Of a stretch of 64,000 nucleotides of DNA, positions 18,970 to 28,660 are shown piece by piece. Origin of the DNA: Patescibacteria group bacterium (GTDB lineage Bacteria > Patescibacteriota > Patescibacteriia > Patescibacteriales > UBA12075); contig JAHILH010000004.1 in NCBI GenBank assembly GCA_018897195.1, positions 19,182 to 83,181 of the forward strand. The letters are read 5' to 3'. Under the pieces are notes generated by a model that did no database searches, was not told the origin of the DNA, and saw nothing but the letters and a program-made list of their open reading frames with translations. Position numbers and translations under genes: made by a program. Within the stretch, counting starts at the first letter, position 1. Each line of letters begins with the position of its first letter.

Positions 18970-19572
18970 TTACTTCTCTCTTCGTAAAGCCTCCAGGTGA
19001 GCAGCTTTTGCCAAGTTTTCTTGGCTAAAAAAATTATCGCAAAACTTAATCAAAATCTTTTTTGCCCGCCTTTGTCTTCTTTTTCGTAAGGTTTTAACAT
19101 ATCCAGAAACTGCCAAAATCAACGAACCATAACCAATAAGCATTTCTTCCACCATAACTTGGACCGAGTAAACCAATATTCTGTTCTCATAAATCTTCAC
19201 ATCTACCCTTTCCGCTGATTTAGGCGGGTACGTTCCATTGGGAATTTGCTGAGCAACAACCATTATCTGTCTTGCCTCACTTAATAATCGAGACCACCAA
19301 GACTGTTCATCAATAAAAAAAAGTTGCAACTTGGGGATGTAATCTCGGACAGGATAAATACTTCTAGGCAAGCAATTACCCTCTTCGTTTTTTTTAGCCT
19401 CCTCAATTAAATCGGGGGCCATGTCTTCAAGAACAATCATTAAATCCTGATCACTCAAAACCAAATTCGCAGTGCTGAACTTCTTAAGCTGCAACATAAT
19501 CTCCTGATATTTTCTCGCTGACACTTGACGCTCCAGTAAAAATTTTTCAACAAAATCAATAGAGGCCGGCAT
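18970..19572 (-). CDS. hypothetical protein
   Basis: 200 aa. Good SD (aaaggaga) upstream of the ATG. No recognised motif. Confidence 0.55.
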   Translation of the reverse strand: MPASIDFVEKFLLERQVSARKYQEIMLQLKKFSTANLVLSDQDLMIVLEDMAPDLIEEAKKNEEGNCLPRSIYPVRDYIPKLQLFFIDEQSWWSRLLSEARQIMVVAQQIPNGTYPPKSAERVDVKIYENRILVYSVQVMVEEMLIGYGSLILAVSGYVKTLRKRRQRRAKKILIKFCDNFFSQENLAKAAHLEALRREK

Positions 19573-19702
19573 ATGCTTTCTCCTTTTATAAAGAACTGAA
19601 TTTATAAAATAATTATTATTTTAATGAGTCTATTATGTCTTAAATACTATAAAAAGTCAACAGCGTCTCCATTAAATATGAAAATAAAATTAGAATCAAA
19701 AT

Positions 19703-19735
19703 AAAAGAGCCTCGAATATTCGAGGCTCTTTTATT
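19703..19735. terminator. terminator downstream of the 16S-tRNA transcription unit
   Basis: Stem aagagcctcgaa / ttcgaggctctt flanked symmetrically by A/T runs, 4 nt beyond tRNA-Gly. Confidence 0.65.
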
Positions 19736-19738
19736 TTG

Positions 19739-19810
19739 AGCGGGTAAGGGGAATCGAACCCCTATCTTCGGCTTGGAAGGCCAACATATTAGCCTTTATA
19801 CTATACCCGC
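19739..19810 (-). tRNA. tRNA-Gly (anticodon UCC)
   Basis: Hand-folded cloverleaf: acceptor GCGGGTA/TACCCGC, anticodon loop CTTCCAA, T-arm AGGGG-TTCGATT-CCCCT. No encoded CCA. Confidence 0.9.
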
Positions 19811-19831
19811 CTGTATTCTGCGGTACTCTTG

Positions 19832-19903
19832 TCGGGGTGCTGGGAGTCGAACCCAGCCCACATGGTCCCAAACCATGCGTACGAGCCGATATACTACACC
19901 CCG
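19832..19903 (-). tRNA. tRNA-Pro (anticodon UGG)
   Basis: Acceptor CGGGGTG/CACCCCG, anticodon loop TTTGGGA, T-arm CTGGG-TTCGACT-CCCAG. No encoded CCA. Confidence 0.9.
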
Positions 19904-19934
19904 GAAAACAGCAAACTAAGTTTGCTGTTTATAG

Positions 19935-20007
19935 TTGCGGGAGTTGGATTTGAACCAACGACCTCCAGGTTATGGGCCTGGCGAGCTGCCAACTGCTCTA
20001 TCCCGCT
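19935..20007 (-). tRNA. initiator tRNA-fMet (anticodon CAU)
   Basis: AGCGGGATAGAGCAGTTGGCAGCTCGCCAGGCCCATAACCTGGAGGTCGTTGGTTCAAATCCAACTCCCGCAA. Near-identical architecture to E. coli tRNAfMet, with a 1x72 mismatch and an A11:U24 pair. Confidence 0.85.
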
Positions 20008-20023
20008 ATGTATTTAATTCGAG

Positions 20024-20095
20024 TGCCGGGGGAGAGGATTGAACTCTCGACACAAGGATTTTCAATCCTTTGCTCTACCACTGAGCTACCCCGGC
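20024..20095 (-). tRNA. tRNA-Phe (anticodon GAA)
   Basis: Acceptor GCCGGGG/CCCCGGC, anticodon loop TTGAAAA, T-arm GAGAG-TTCAATC-CTCTC. Confidence 0.9.
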
Positions 20096-20128
20096 GCTTT
20101 GATTGCAAATTATTTTGCAATCATGATG

Positions 20129-20202
<74 letters not shown>

Positions 20203-20234
20203 GTATATTTCATACGACATTCTTTCAACTAACT

Positions 20235-20271
20235 GCCCCTCACCCCAACCCTCTCCCGCGGGGCGAGGGAG
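20235..20271. repeat. GC-rich hairpin repeat, reverse-orientation copy (in the 16S-tRNA spacer)
   Basis: gcccctcaccccaaccctctcccgcggggcgagggag. Its reverse complement nearly matches the copy at 1118-1157. Confidence 0.7.
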
Positions 20272-20580
20272 ATTTATCGGTAGTTTCATTATAACAAAAA
20301 AGATTGATTCCAACAACAAGTCAGAGCCAATCTTTTTTGATAAAAATTGAAAGAACGGACCCATAAAAACCGTTTAGTCTTACAACGAAACAGTTTCGAA
20401 TCTAACAGGCGCCAATTAACACCTTGCGACTTACCGATGCAAGGATTTGTTTTTTTATCCTGATCCAAAATAAATTCTGGAATCAAGCATTTCGTCTTTT
20501 ACAATCTACACGTTCGTAAAAGCTAATAGAAATGTCGCTTTCTGCGTGTACTCTATCGAATTTGCAGAAAATCTCCCTAG

Positions 20581-22064
<1,484 letters not shown>

Positions 22065-22323
22065 TTTTTTACTTGGTTTGCTATCCAAGTGCAATATATC
22101 TTGGCGACATATTACAGATTTGACGTATATTTGAAGATAATTAAATCTTTATTTTTTGGTCGTTAATTGACGCCTGTTAGCGTCAAAACTTATATTCAAT
22201 TGTTAAGGTTCCGATTAAACGAATAAAAAACAGACCTATCAGTTCAGATATAAATGAGTCTGTATTAAAACTCTATTTAGAATTTACCGCATTCAAGATG
22301 CTTGTTTTTTAAAACGTATTCAT

Positions 22324-22352
22324 AATATATATTATTTGCTGTTTCCTGTCAA
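22324..22352 (-). promoter_or_regulatory. candidate rRNA promoter (TTGACA-N17-TATATT)
   Basis: Minus strand reads ttgaca ggaaacagcaaataata tatatt, about 255 nt upstream of the mature 16S 5' end. Confidence 0.5.
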
Positions 22353-22514
22353 GAAGCTATTATCACCATTTTTTCAACATCTCTACACTCCGTTTTTTTG
22401 GCTTTGATTAAACAAAAAAATAATGATTAACTAATCAATTAACACGTCCCAAAATTAGCACTTTTTTTGAAAAAATATTTTATGTGGATAAAAAATTTTA
22501 AATTACACCAATTA

Positions 22515-22553
22515 AAATAAAAAGGGAGAGGTATTCATTCAAATACATCTCCC
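22515..22553 (-). terminator. rho-independent terminator of 22562..22882
   Basis: Minus-strand hairpin gggagatgtat / atacctctccc followed by a T-run. Confidence 0.6.
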
Positions 22554-22561
22554 ATTAACAA

Positions 22562-22882
22562 CTACGGTTCGAGTTCGTAGTCAATCTGACAGCTACCCGT
22601 TATTAAAAAATGGTTATACGGATTTACGGGAAGTGTCCACGAAACCTCTAACTCCCCATCCTCATCAAGCACGCCTTCAATTAATACCTGGCCCGTGCCA
22701 TCACGAAGGACGATCCTTCTATCACAACAAATCATTTCTTGGAAAAACGGTGCTTGCTGATTTAATTTTAAGATCATTTGATACCCGCCATCATCCAACA
22801 AAAACACCAAGGACCAAAATCTTCTATCCGCACTTATCATAGACGGATGACGCAAGTACAACTCCTCACTATTTACCTTCAT
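22562..22882 (-). CDS. hypothetical protein
   Basis: 106 aa. SD-like aagagg 8 nt upstream, its own promoter and terminator. No recognised motif. Confidence 0.55.
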   Translation of the reverse strand: MKVNSEELYLRHPSMISADRRFWSLVFLLDDGGYQMILKLNQQAPFFQEMICCDRRIVLRDGTGQVLIEGVLDEDGELEVSWTLPVNPYNHFLITGSCQIDYELEP

Positions 22883-22943
22883 AACAAACCTCTTTATTTA
22901 TTATTAGTCTGATAAATTTTGCCTCATTATATAGCTACGAACG

Positions 22944-22972
22944 ATATTAACATAAAAATTAGAAAATGTCAA
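22944..22972 (-). promoter_or_regulatory. sigma70-type promoter (TTGACA-N17-TAATAT)
   Basis: Minus strand reads ttgaca ttttctaatttttatgt taatat. Confidence 0.5.
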
Positions 22973-23214
22973 TAATTACACCTCCGCAATCATAAGCTGA
23001 TACTAAAAACCGATAAAGTATTTTTTTTTACTAACGAATAAGTGGTATTGAACTCAACTCAACTTATATGATCTTATTTACAAACCATACATGCTCTTGA
23101 CTTTTCTTTAAAAAAATTCTATTATCTTAATATTAAATAAATAAAAAATAAAAGATAAAACAGGTGACAAAACACCGTCACATGCTCAAAACTGTTTTAT
23201 TTTTTAACTAAAGT

Positions 23215-23508
23215 ATGCTGACTATCAAGCTATCAAGAATTGGAAAGAAGAAAAAGCCAATGTATCGTTTTATTATTTCTGAAAAATCTAAGGATCCCTA
23301 TGGCGATTCATTGGAAATTTTGGGATCATATAATCCTTATTCAAAGGAAATGACTACCAATGGTGAACGTATTAACTACTGGATTAGTAAGGGTGCGCAG
23401 ATGACTGCGACTGTGAACAATCTATTGGTTGGTGCCAAAATTGTTGAAGGTAAAAAAGTAACAGCTTCAAAACCAGGCAAAAAAAAGGACGAAGCGGCTA
23501 AAAAATAA
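23215..23508 (+). CDS. rpsP: 30S ribosomal protein S16
   Basis: 97 aa. MLTIKLSRIGKKKKPMYRFII....D.....LE.LG.YNP is the typical S16 N-terminus. Confidence 0.9.
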   Translation: MLTIKLSRIGKKKKPMYRFIISEKSKDPYGDSLEILGSYNPYSKEMTTNGERINYWISKGAQMTATVNNLLVGAKIVEGKKVTASKPGKKKDEAAKK

Positions 23509-23511
23509 AAG

Positions 23512-23539
23512 TTGACAAATTTTTATTTTGTGTCATAAT
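23512..23539 (+). promoter_or_regulatory. candidate promoter (TTGACA-N16-CATAAT)
   Basis: TTGACA at 23512-23517, CATAAT at 23534-23539, upstream of the KH-protein gene. Confidence 0.4.
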
Positions 23540-23632
23540 TAAGTATATCCTATTTTAGGTATTTATAATTAAAAGCTCTTTCAAAAATGATTAATAGGTA
23601 TTATACATTATCATTATTGAGAGGAAAAAAGT

Positions 23633-23983
23633 ATGAACGAAGTTACAGACAAAGATTTTTTGGAGTTTATCGTAAAGTCCATTGTTGCAAATCCTGACAA
23701 GGTAGCTGTTGAAAGAACAGTTGACGAAAGAGGTGTGCTTTTGACTTTAAACATCGATCCAGCAGACATGGGTTATGTAATCGGACGAAGAGGACAAACA
23801 GCTCAAGCAATTAGAACTTTGTTAAAGATTGTAGGCGCTAAGAACAATTCAAGAGTTAATTTGAAAATTAACGAACCAGAAGGCTCAACAAGAGGACCAA
23901 GATTTGAAAGAGAGTCAAATGACGCTCCAAGAAGATCTTCAGAAGAGATTGATACTTCAAGCGTAGACGATTTCAAGATTTAA
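23633..23983 (+). CDS. KH-domain RNA-binding protein (YlqC/KhpA-like) with charged C-terminal tail
   Basis: 116 aa. KH GXXG region VIGRRGQTAQAIRTLLK. It occupies the conserved position after rpsP. Confidence 0.75.
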   Translation: MNEVTDKDFLEFIVKSIVANPDKVAVERTVDERGVLLTLNIDPADMGYVIGRRGQTAQAIRTLLKIVGAKNNSRVNLKINEPEGSTRGPRFERESNDAPRRSSEEIDTSSVDDFKI

Positions 23984-24006
23984 TTATCAACAAAATCACA
24001 TATCCA

Positions 24007-24040
24007 AAAAGCCACAACTTACAAGTCGTGGCTTTTTGTT
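24007..24040 (+). terminator. rho-independent terminator
   Basis: Stem gccacaactt / aagtcgtggc followed by a T-run. Confidence 0.6.
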
Positions 24041-24069
24041 TATTAACTTAATTAAAGCATTAATTTACT

Positions 24070-24168
24070 GTCATTCTGGAACGAAACGAAGTGTAGTGAT
24101 AGAATCTTCCGCTTTGTACGTTTTTTACGTAGTCGAAGATCCTATCGCTTCGCTCCAGGATAACAAGA
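24070..24168. repeat. ~100-bp imperfect palindromic element
   Basis: Left arm ctggaacgaaacgaagtgtagtgatagaatcttc pairs with right arm gaagatcctatcgcttcgctccag. The central mini-hairpin is tacgt-ttttt-acgta. Confidence 0.5.
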
Positions 24169-24194
24169 AATTATTTACTACCTAAAATATATAT

Positions 24195-24869
24195 ATGAAC
24201 TACAATATAATCACAATTTTCCCAGGCATGTTCGATTCCTATTTCAACGAATCAATTATTAAACGCGCACAAGACAAGGGTATAATCAACATTAAAACAC
24301 ACGCCTTGCGTGATTACACCACCGACAAGCACAAAACTGTCGATGACACACCATACAGTGGCGGCGCCGGTATGGTTATGATGATTGAGCCACTTTACAA
24401 GGCGTTAGAGTCCGTTAAATCAGAAATTAAAACACCTAAATCAAGAACTATTCTCCTCTCTGCCAAGGGGCGACGCTGGACTCAACAAGTCGCTCAAGAA
24501 TTTGCGGAATTAGAAAATATCACCATGATTTGCGGTCGCTATGAAGGTGTTGATCAACGCATCCTAGAGTTTATCGATGAAGAAATCTCTATTGGCGATT
24601 TTGTACTAACCGGCGGTGAAATTGGAGCCATGACCATCGTTGATTCTGTTACTCGACTCTTGCCTGGCGTACTCGGTAATGAATTTAGCGCCATTGATGA
24701 GTCCCATTCCATTCCTGGCGTCCTTGAATACCCCCAATATACCAAGCCAGAAATCTTTAAGGTCGGCAATAAGGAATATACCGTTCCAGAGATATTATTG
24801 TCAGGAAATCACAAAAAAATCCAAGAATGGCGCGAAAACATGAAAAAAAAGAAGCCTTCAAATAACTAA
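24195..24869 (+). CDS. trmD: tRNA (guanine37-N1)-methyltransferase TrmD
   Basis: 224 aa. IITIFPGMF......SI..RA, YSGGAGMVM and GRYEG.DQR...I..EISIGDFVLTGGE motifs. Confidence 0.9.
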   Translation: MNYNIITIFPGMFDSYFNESIIKRAQDKGIINIKTHALRDYTTDKHKTVDDTPYSGGAGMVMMIEPLYKALESVKSEIKTPKSRTILLSAKGRRWTQQVAQEFAELENITMICGRYEGVDQRILEFIDEEISIGDFVLTGGEIGAMTIVDSVTRLLPGVLGNEFSAIDESHSIPGVLEYPQYTKPEIFKVGNKEYTVPEILLSGNHKKIQEWRENMKKKKPSNN

Positions 24870-24896
24870 TATTAGCCAATAAGCCCTATTTGCCCC

Positions 24897-24925
24897 TTGA
24901 CAACTTTTTAATTACCTGCTACAAT
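24897..24925 (+). promoter_or_regulatory. sigma70-type promoter (TTGACA-N17-TACAAT)
   Basis: TTGACA at 24897-24902, a 17-nt spacer, TACAAT at 24920-24925. Confidence 0.6.
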
Positions 24926-25032
24926 GCAATGTTAATCTTTATTTTTATTAAATAGAGATTTTTATTAAGGCAGAACAAAAACTCCTCGCTATACGCGGTC
25001 TAGTCTTTGCTCTTGCACAAACATTGCATTTA

Positions 25033-25602
25033 ATGAAATCAGAATTTCCTATTTTTAGAAAAAAATCTATAATCCCCTCTTTTTTAGCAGACAAAATTAT
25101 TCTGTCACTTATTTTCATCACCTTCTTTGACTTTGCGTTATTTCCAGTGCCAATTTTGGCCGCTGAAATTAACCCCAAGACACAAGAAAGTGGTCTATTA
25201 GAAGAAATTAATAATTCACTTGATCTAATTAAAGATGTTTTAGTTGATGATACTAGCAATTTTACTGGCAAATTGCCAAATAATAAAGACGTAGCAAAAG
25301 CCAAAACAGAGTTTCATGAAATGACCGCCTACACCTCCGAGGTAGCCCAATGTGATGCTTCGCCCTGTATTACCGCCAATGGCTTCAATGTTTGCAAACA
25401 CAACGTTGAAGATACGATTGCGGCTAACTTTCTTAAGTTTGGCACAAAAGTAAAAATTCCGGAATTATACGGCGATCGTGTTTTTATCGTTCGTGATCGT
25501 ATGAATAGAAGATATCCAGACCGAGTAGATATTTGGATGAAAGACAAAAAACAGGCTATCAAGTTTGGTTTTAAGGTCGCTAAAATTGAAATATTGGAGT
25601 AA
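25033..25602 (+). CDS. secreted 3D-domain protein (MltA/RlpA-like double-psi beta-barrel)
   Basis: N-terminal TM/signal. C-terminal MTAYTS......CITANG...........IAAN.L.FGTKV.IP...........V.DRM..RY...VDIWM is the 3D-domain pattern. Start may be the ATG at 25033 or the TTG at 25024. Confidence 0.7.
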   Translation: MKSEFPIFRKKSIIPSFLADKIILSLIFITFFDFALFPVPILAAEINPKTQESGLLEEINNSLDLIKDVLVDDTSNFTGKLPNNKDVAKAKTEFHEMTAYTSEVAQCDASPCITANGFNVCKHNVEDTIAANFLKFGTKVKIPELYGDRVFIVRDRMNRRYPDRVDIWMKDKKQAIKFGFKVAKIEILE

Positions 25603-25698
25603 AAACCTAATATTGACTTATTTCTTGAAATATATTAATATCAAATTATAACAGTTGGAAAACGATTGTTATTTTTTGTTATAAGAAGTATTTTTGGC

Positions 25699-25772
25699 GG
25701 AGCGGTAGCTCAGCTGGTTAGAGCGCTGCCCTGTCACGGCAGAGGTCGCGGGTTCGAGTCCCGTCCGCTCCG
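25699..25772 (+). tRNA. tRNA-Asp (anticodon GUC)
   Basis: Acceptor GGAGCGG/CCGCTCC, anticodon loop CTGTCAC, T-arm GCGGG-TTCGAGT-CCCGT. Confidence 0.9.
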
Positions 25773-25790
25773 CTAAGAATATTTAAGCTC

Positions 25791-25822
25791 AAAAAAAAGA
25801 AGCATTAGTGCTTCTTTTTTTT
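25791..25822. terminator. bidirectional rho-independent terminator
   Basis: A8 - gaagca ttag tgcttc - T8. Confidence 0.6.
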
Positions 25823-25842
25823 ATTTTATATAATTTTCTAAT

Positions 25843-26409
25843 TTACATCGGCAATATTTTTTTATCGTAAACCTCATTAAGAATTTCCGCGGAAGCTAAA
25901 TAGATAGCCGAAAAACCACAAACAATTCCTTCGTAGCCAGCAATTCTAGTAATCAAAGTAATTCCAGTAATATCACCCAAGGCCAACAACATAAACAAAA
26001 TTGTTAAAAGTGCAAAAACGATTTGCAACCCTTTGCCCAGTTTTAAAGTCGCGACATACATCACCGCCGTAAAAAGACCCCACATAAACAAATAAGCAGC
26101 CATAGCGCTTGGCTCAGGCTTAGAAGCTAGGCCAGCGGCTGGCAAGACAATAATTCCCACTAAAGACAACCAGAACAAACCATAAGAAGTAAACGCCGTC
26201 ATACCAAAAGTATTTTGCTTACGCCATTCCAAAATACCAGCAATAATTTGCGCGATGCCACCATAAAAGACACCCATCGCGAGGATCATGCCGTCCATCG
26301 AAAAGAAGGCCGCGTTATGCATGTTTAACAAAACTGTTGTCATGCCGAATCCTAACAAGCCCAAAGGCGCTGGATTAGCGGCATTAATTAAACCTTTTGG
26401 AAGAGTCAT
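25843..26409 (-). CDS. satP: GPR1/FUN34/YaaH-family acetate(/succinate) transporter
   Basis: [14 protein letters not shown] signature and six TM helices. The ATG at 26409 (MTLPKG...) is preferred over the longer ORF start. Confidence 0.7.
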   Translation of the reverse strand: MTLPKGLINAANPAPLGLLGFGMTTVLLNMHNAAFFSMDGMILAMGVFYGGIAQIIAGILEWRKQNTFGMTAFTSYGLFWLSLVGIIVLPAAGLASKPEPSAMAAYLFMWGLFTAVMYVATLKLGKGLQIVFALLTILFMLLALGDITGITLITRIAGYEGIVCGFSAIYLASAEILNEVYDKKILPM

Positions 26410-26575
26410 AAAAAAATATTCCGCTATCCTCAGCTTGTGATCGTAGAATTTAATTTCTCGACCATACAAAAAGCCTTAGGCTTTTATAACTGGGACACAG
26501 GAGTTAAATTATTAAAATTACAAATTAGATATTTTTATTTTACTATATTTTTGAAATTTTTAAAAGAGAAATTTA

Positions 26576-27811
26576 TTATTCTGCCAAAGCTTCGCCAGCT
26601 GCATGGCCTGTACTCCAACAGATTTGTAAATTATAACCACCAGTCGGACCATCAAGATCCAGAATTTCACCGGCAAAATAAAGATTTTCAATTATCTTTG
26701 ACTGCATTGTCTTCGGATTAACTTCGCGCGTATCTACACCGCCGGCAGTAATCATGGCTTTATCAAAACCTTTCACATCCTTTATTTCCAAGCTAAAACT
26801 CTTGAGCAAACGAACAATACCCCTACGCTCGTCTTTAGTCATTACACTTAATTGTTTTTCCGGGTCAATGTTTAAGAGCCACAAAAGCAACACTCCCAAA
26901 CGCGACGGCGCCAAGGGCGTTAAGCTATTTTTGATCATTTTATTGCCATCACGCTGAAATTCTTTTTGCAGCTGCAAATCCAAGTCCGCTTCATTAACAT
27001 GCGGCAATAAATCCAAACTCAAAGAAAACTTGCCAGACACTGATAAATCAACCTCGCGACTCATATCGATAATCGCCGGCCCACTCACGCCGTCAGCGGT
27101 AAAAATAATTGAACCACTTTTAGTGTTCATTTTTTTATTATCTTTTTTAAGAGTAATGCCAATATTTTGCAGACTCACACCTTCAACGGCTTTAACAAAA
27201 GTGTCGTTCAAGATTAATGAAGTCAGGGCCGGTCGCGGTTTAACAATATTATGTCCTAGTTTTTCTAGCCACGCATAAGCATCACCAGTTGAACCAGTGC
27301 CCGGATAAGATTGACCACCGACACAAATCACAAATTTGTCCGCCATTAACTCCTCGCCGCTTTCTAAAATAATTTTTTCAATTTTATCGTCTTTTTTAAT
27401 TATCTTTTTTACTATCGCACCATATTTTATCTGCACCTTATTCTCATCTAAATAATTCGTCAACACCTGCAAAACATCCCGCGCCTTGTCGCTTTTCGGA
27501 AACACACGACCATTGTCCTCAACTTTCGTCACCACGCCTCGCGTTTTAAAAAAATCCAAAGTCTCCTTAACGCCAAATCGATGAAAAGCCGACATCAAAA
27601 ACTTGCTATTTTTACCATAGCAATCAATTAATTCTTTTTTATCTGCAAACATATTGGTTAAATTACAACGCCCATGTCCGGTCGCTAATAATTTAATGCC
27701 CAGGCTCTGGTTTTTTTCCAACAACAAAACCTGCTGCCCAAGTTCACCTGCTCGCCCCGCCGTCATCATACCAGCTGGTCCGCCACCAATTATAATTATA
27801 TTGTAGTTCAT
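26576..27811 (-). CDS. NAD(P)/FAD-dependent oxidoreductase, HI0933/BaiN-like flavoprotein
   Basis: 411 aa. N-terminal dinucleotide fold IIIIGGGPAGMMTAG and C-terminal GLYFAGE-type motif (NLYFAGEILDLDGPTGGYNLQ). Confidence 0.75.
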   Translation of the reverse strand: MNYNIIIIGGGPAGMMTAGRAGELGQQVLLLEKNQSLGIKLLATGHGRCNLTNMFADKKELIDCYGKNSKFLMSAFHRFGVKETLDFFKTRGVVTKVEDNGRVFPKSDKARDVLQVLTNYLDENKVQIKYGAIVKKIIKKDDKIEKIILESGEELMADKFVICVGGQSYPGTGSTGDAYAWLEKLGHNIVKPRPALTSLILNDTFVKAVEGVSLQNIGITLKKDNKKMNTKSGSIIFTADGVSGPAIIDMSREVDLSVSGKFSLSLDLLPHVNEADLDLQLQKEFQRDGNKMIKNSLTPLAPSRLGVLLLWLLNIDPEKQLSVMTKDERRGIVRLLKSFSLEIKDVKGFDKAMITAGGVDTREVNPKTMQSKIIENLYFAGEILDLDGPTGGYNLQICWSTGHAAGEALAE

Positions 27812-27870
27812 ATAAATAGTATATTCTTTTTAACAGATTTTGTCGACACTGCCCGTTATCTTAAATTACC

Positions 27871-27907
27871 AAAAAAAGACGTCCTTAATTAAGGACGTCT
27901 TTTTTTG
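27871..27907. terminator. strong bidirectional terminator at the end of the large minus-strand operon
   Basis: Perfect 37-bp palindrome aaaaaaagacgtccttaattaaggacgtcttttttt. Confidence 0.75.
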
Positions 27908-27935
27908 GATTTAAATACTGAGTTGTAATAAAAAT

Positions 27936-28640
27936 TTAATAATTACTATTTTGAACAATCTTGACGTTTTGAATAACTTCCTCCATGGCTTTTTTATATT
28001 TTTCAACCTGATCAACGTCTATCCAGCCACTTAATACTAAGACATCTTTATCTGAAAGCCTTATTACTTGTCCAATATTCCAGGTATCCATCACTGGATC
28101 GATATCCTTGAGATTATTTTTAATATAATCATTGTAATATTTATTGCTATACTCTATTACATAACCCTGATAGCCGCCAATAATATTTTTTTCCTTTCTT
28201 ATTTCTTTAAACTCAATTAAATCAGGATTTATTATTTTGTCGCCAGTGCTTTCGATCAGTTCAGTAATCAACTTCTCATAATCCAATTCATTGCGTCCCT
28301 CAAATATTTGCACATCTAGCCAACCACTACCATCACTCATTGATACCGCCTTTTTCGCATCTTGTTCTACGTTCGGCAATCTCATATAAGCATAGCTATT
28401 TGCCGTAAAATTAGTAGATGACCCAATATTAACTGACTCTTGATTTAAGCGACTAATCCAATTTTCTGGCAAATTAAACTCAATTGAATAATTCTTATAT
28501 TGAATAGTGGAAGTGCTCTTTATAATTTGATTTTCAACATTCTCCTCAACATTAATTCTTTTGTAGTTTATGCCAATGATTAGAATTATCAATATAGAGA
28601 TAATTATTGTAATTAATAGGGCAATCTTATTTTTTGTCAT
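27936..28640 (-). CDS. membrane-anchored extracytoplasmic protein (hypothetical)
   Basis: 234 aa. N-terminal TM anchor (IALLITIIISILIILIIG). Starts 20 nt after the upstream gene. Confidence 0.5.
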   Translation of the reverse strand: MTKNKIALLITIIISILIILIIGINYKRINVEENVENQIIKSTSTIQYKNYSIEFNLPENWISRLNQESVNIGSSTNFTANSYAYMRLPNVEQDAKKAVSMSDGSGWLDVQIFEGRNELDYEKLITELIESTGDKIINPDLIEFKEIRKEKNIIGGYQGYVIEYSNKYYNDYIKNNLKDIDPVMDTWNIGQVIRLSDKDVLVLSGWIDVDQVEKYKKAMEEVIQNVKIVQNSNY

Positions 28641-28660
28641 AGAAATATCTTATCCTCTTT

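Noticed and set aside
24948-25304. 118-aa minus-strand ORF
   Set aside because: It overlaps the promoter and 5' part of the 3D-domain gene. It has no motif and no SD, and the opposite-strand gene has a recognisable domain.
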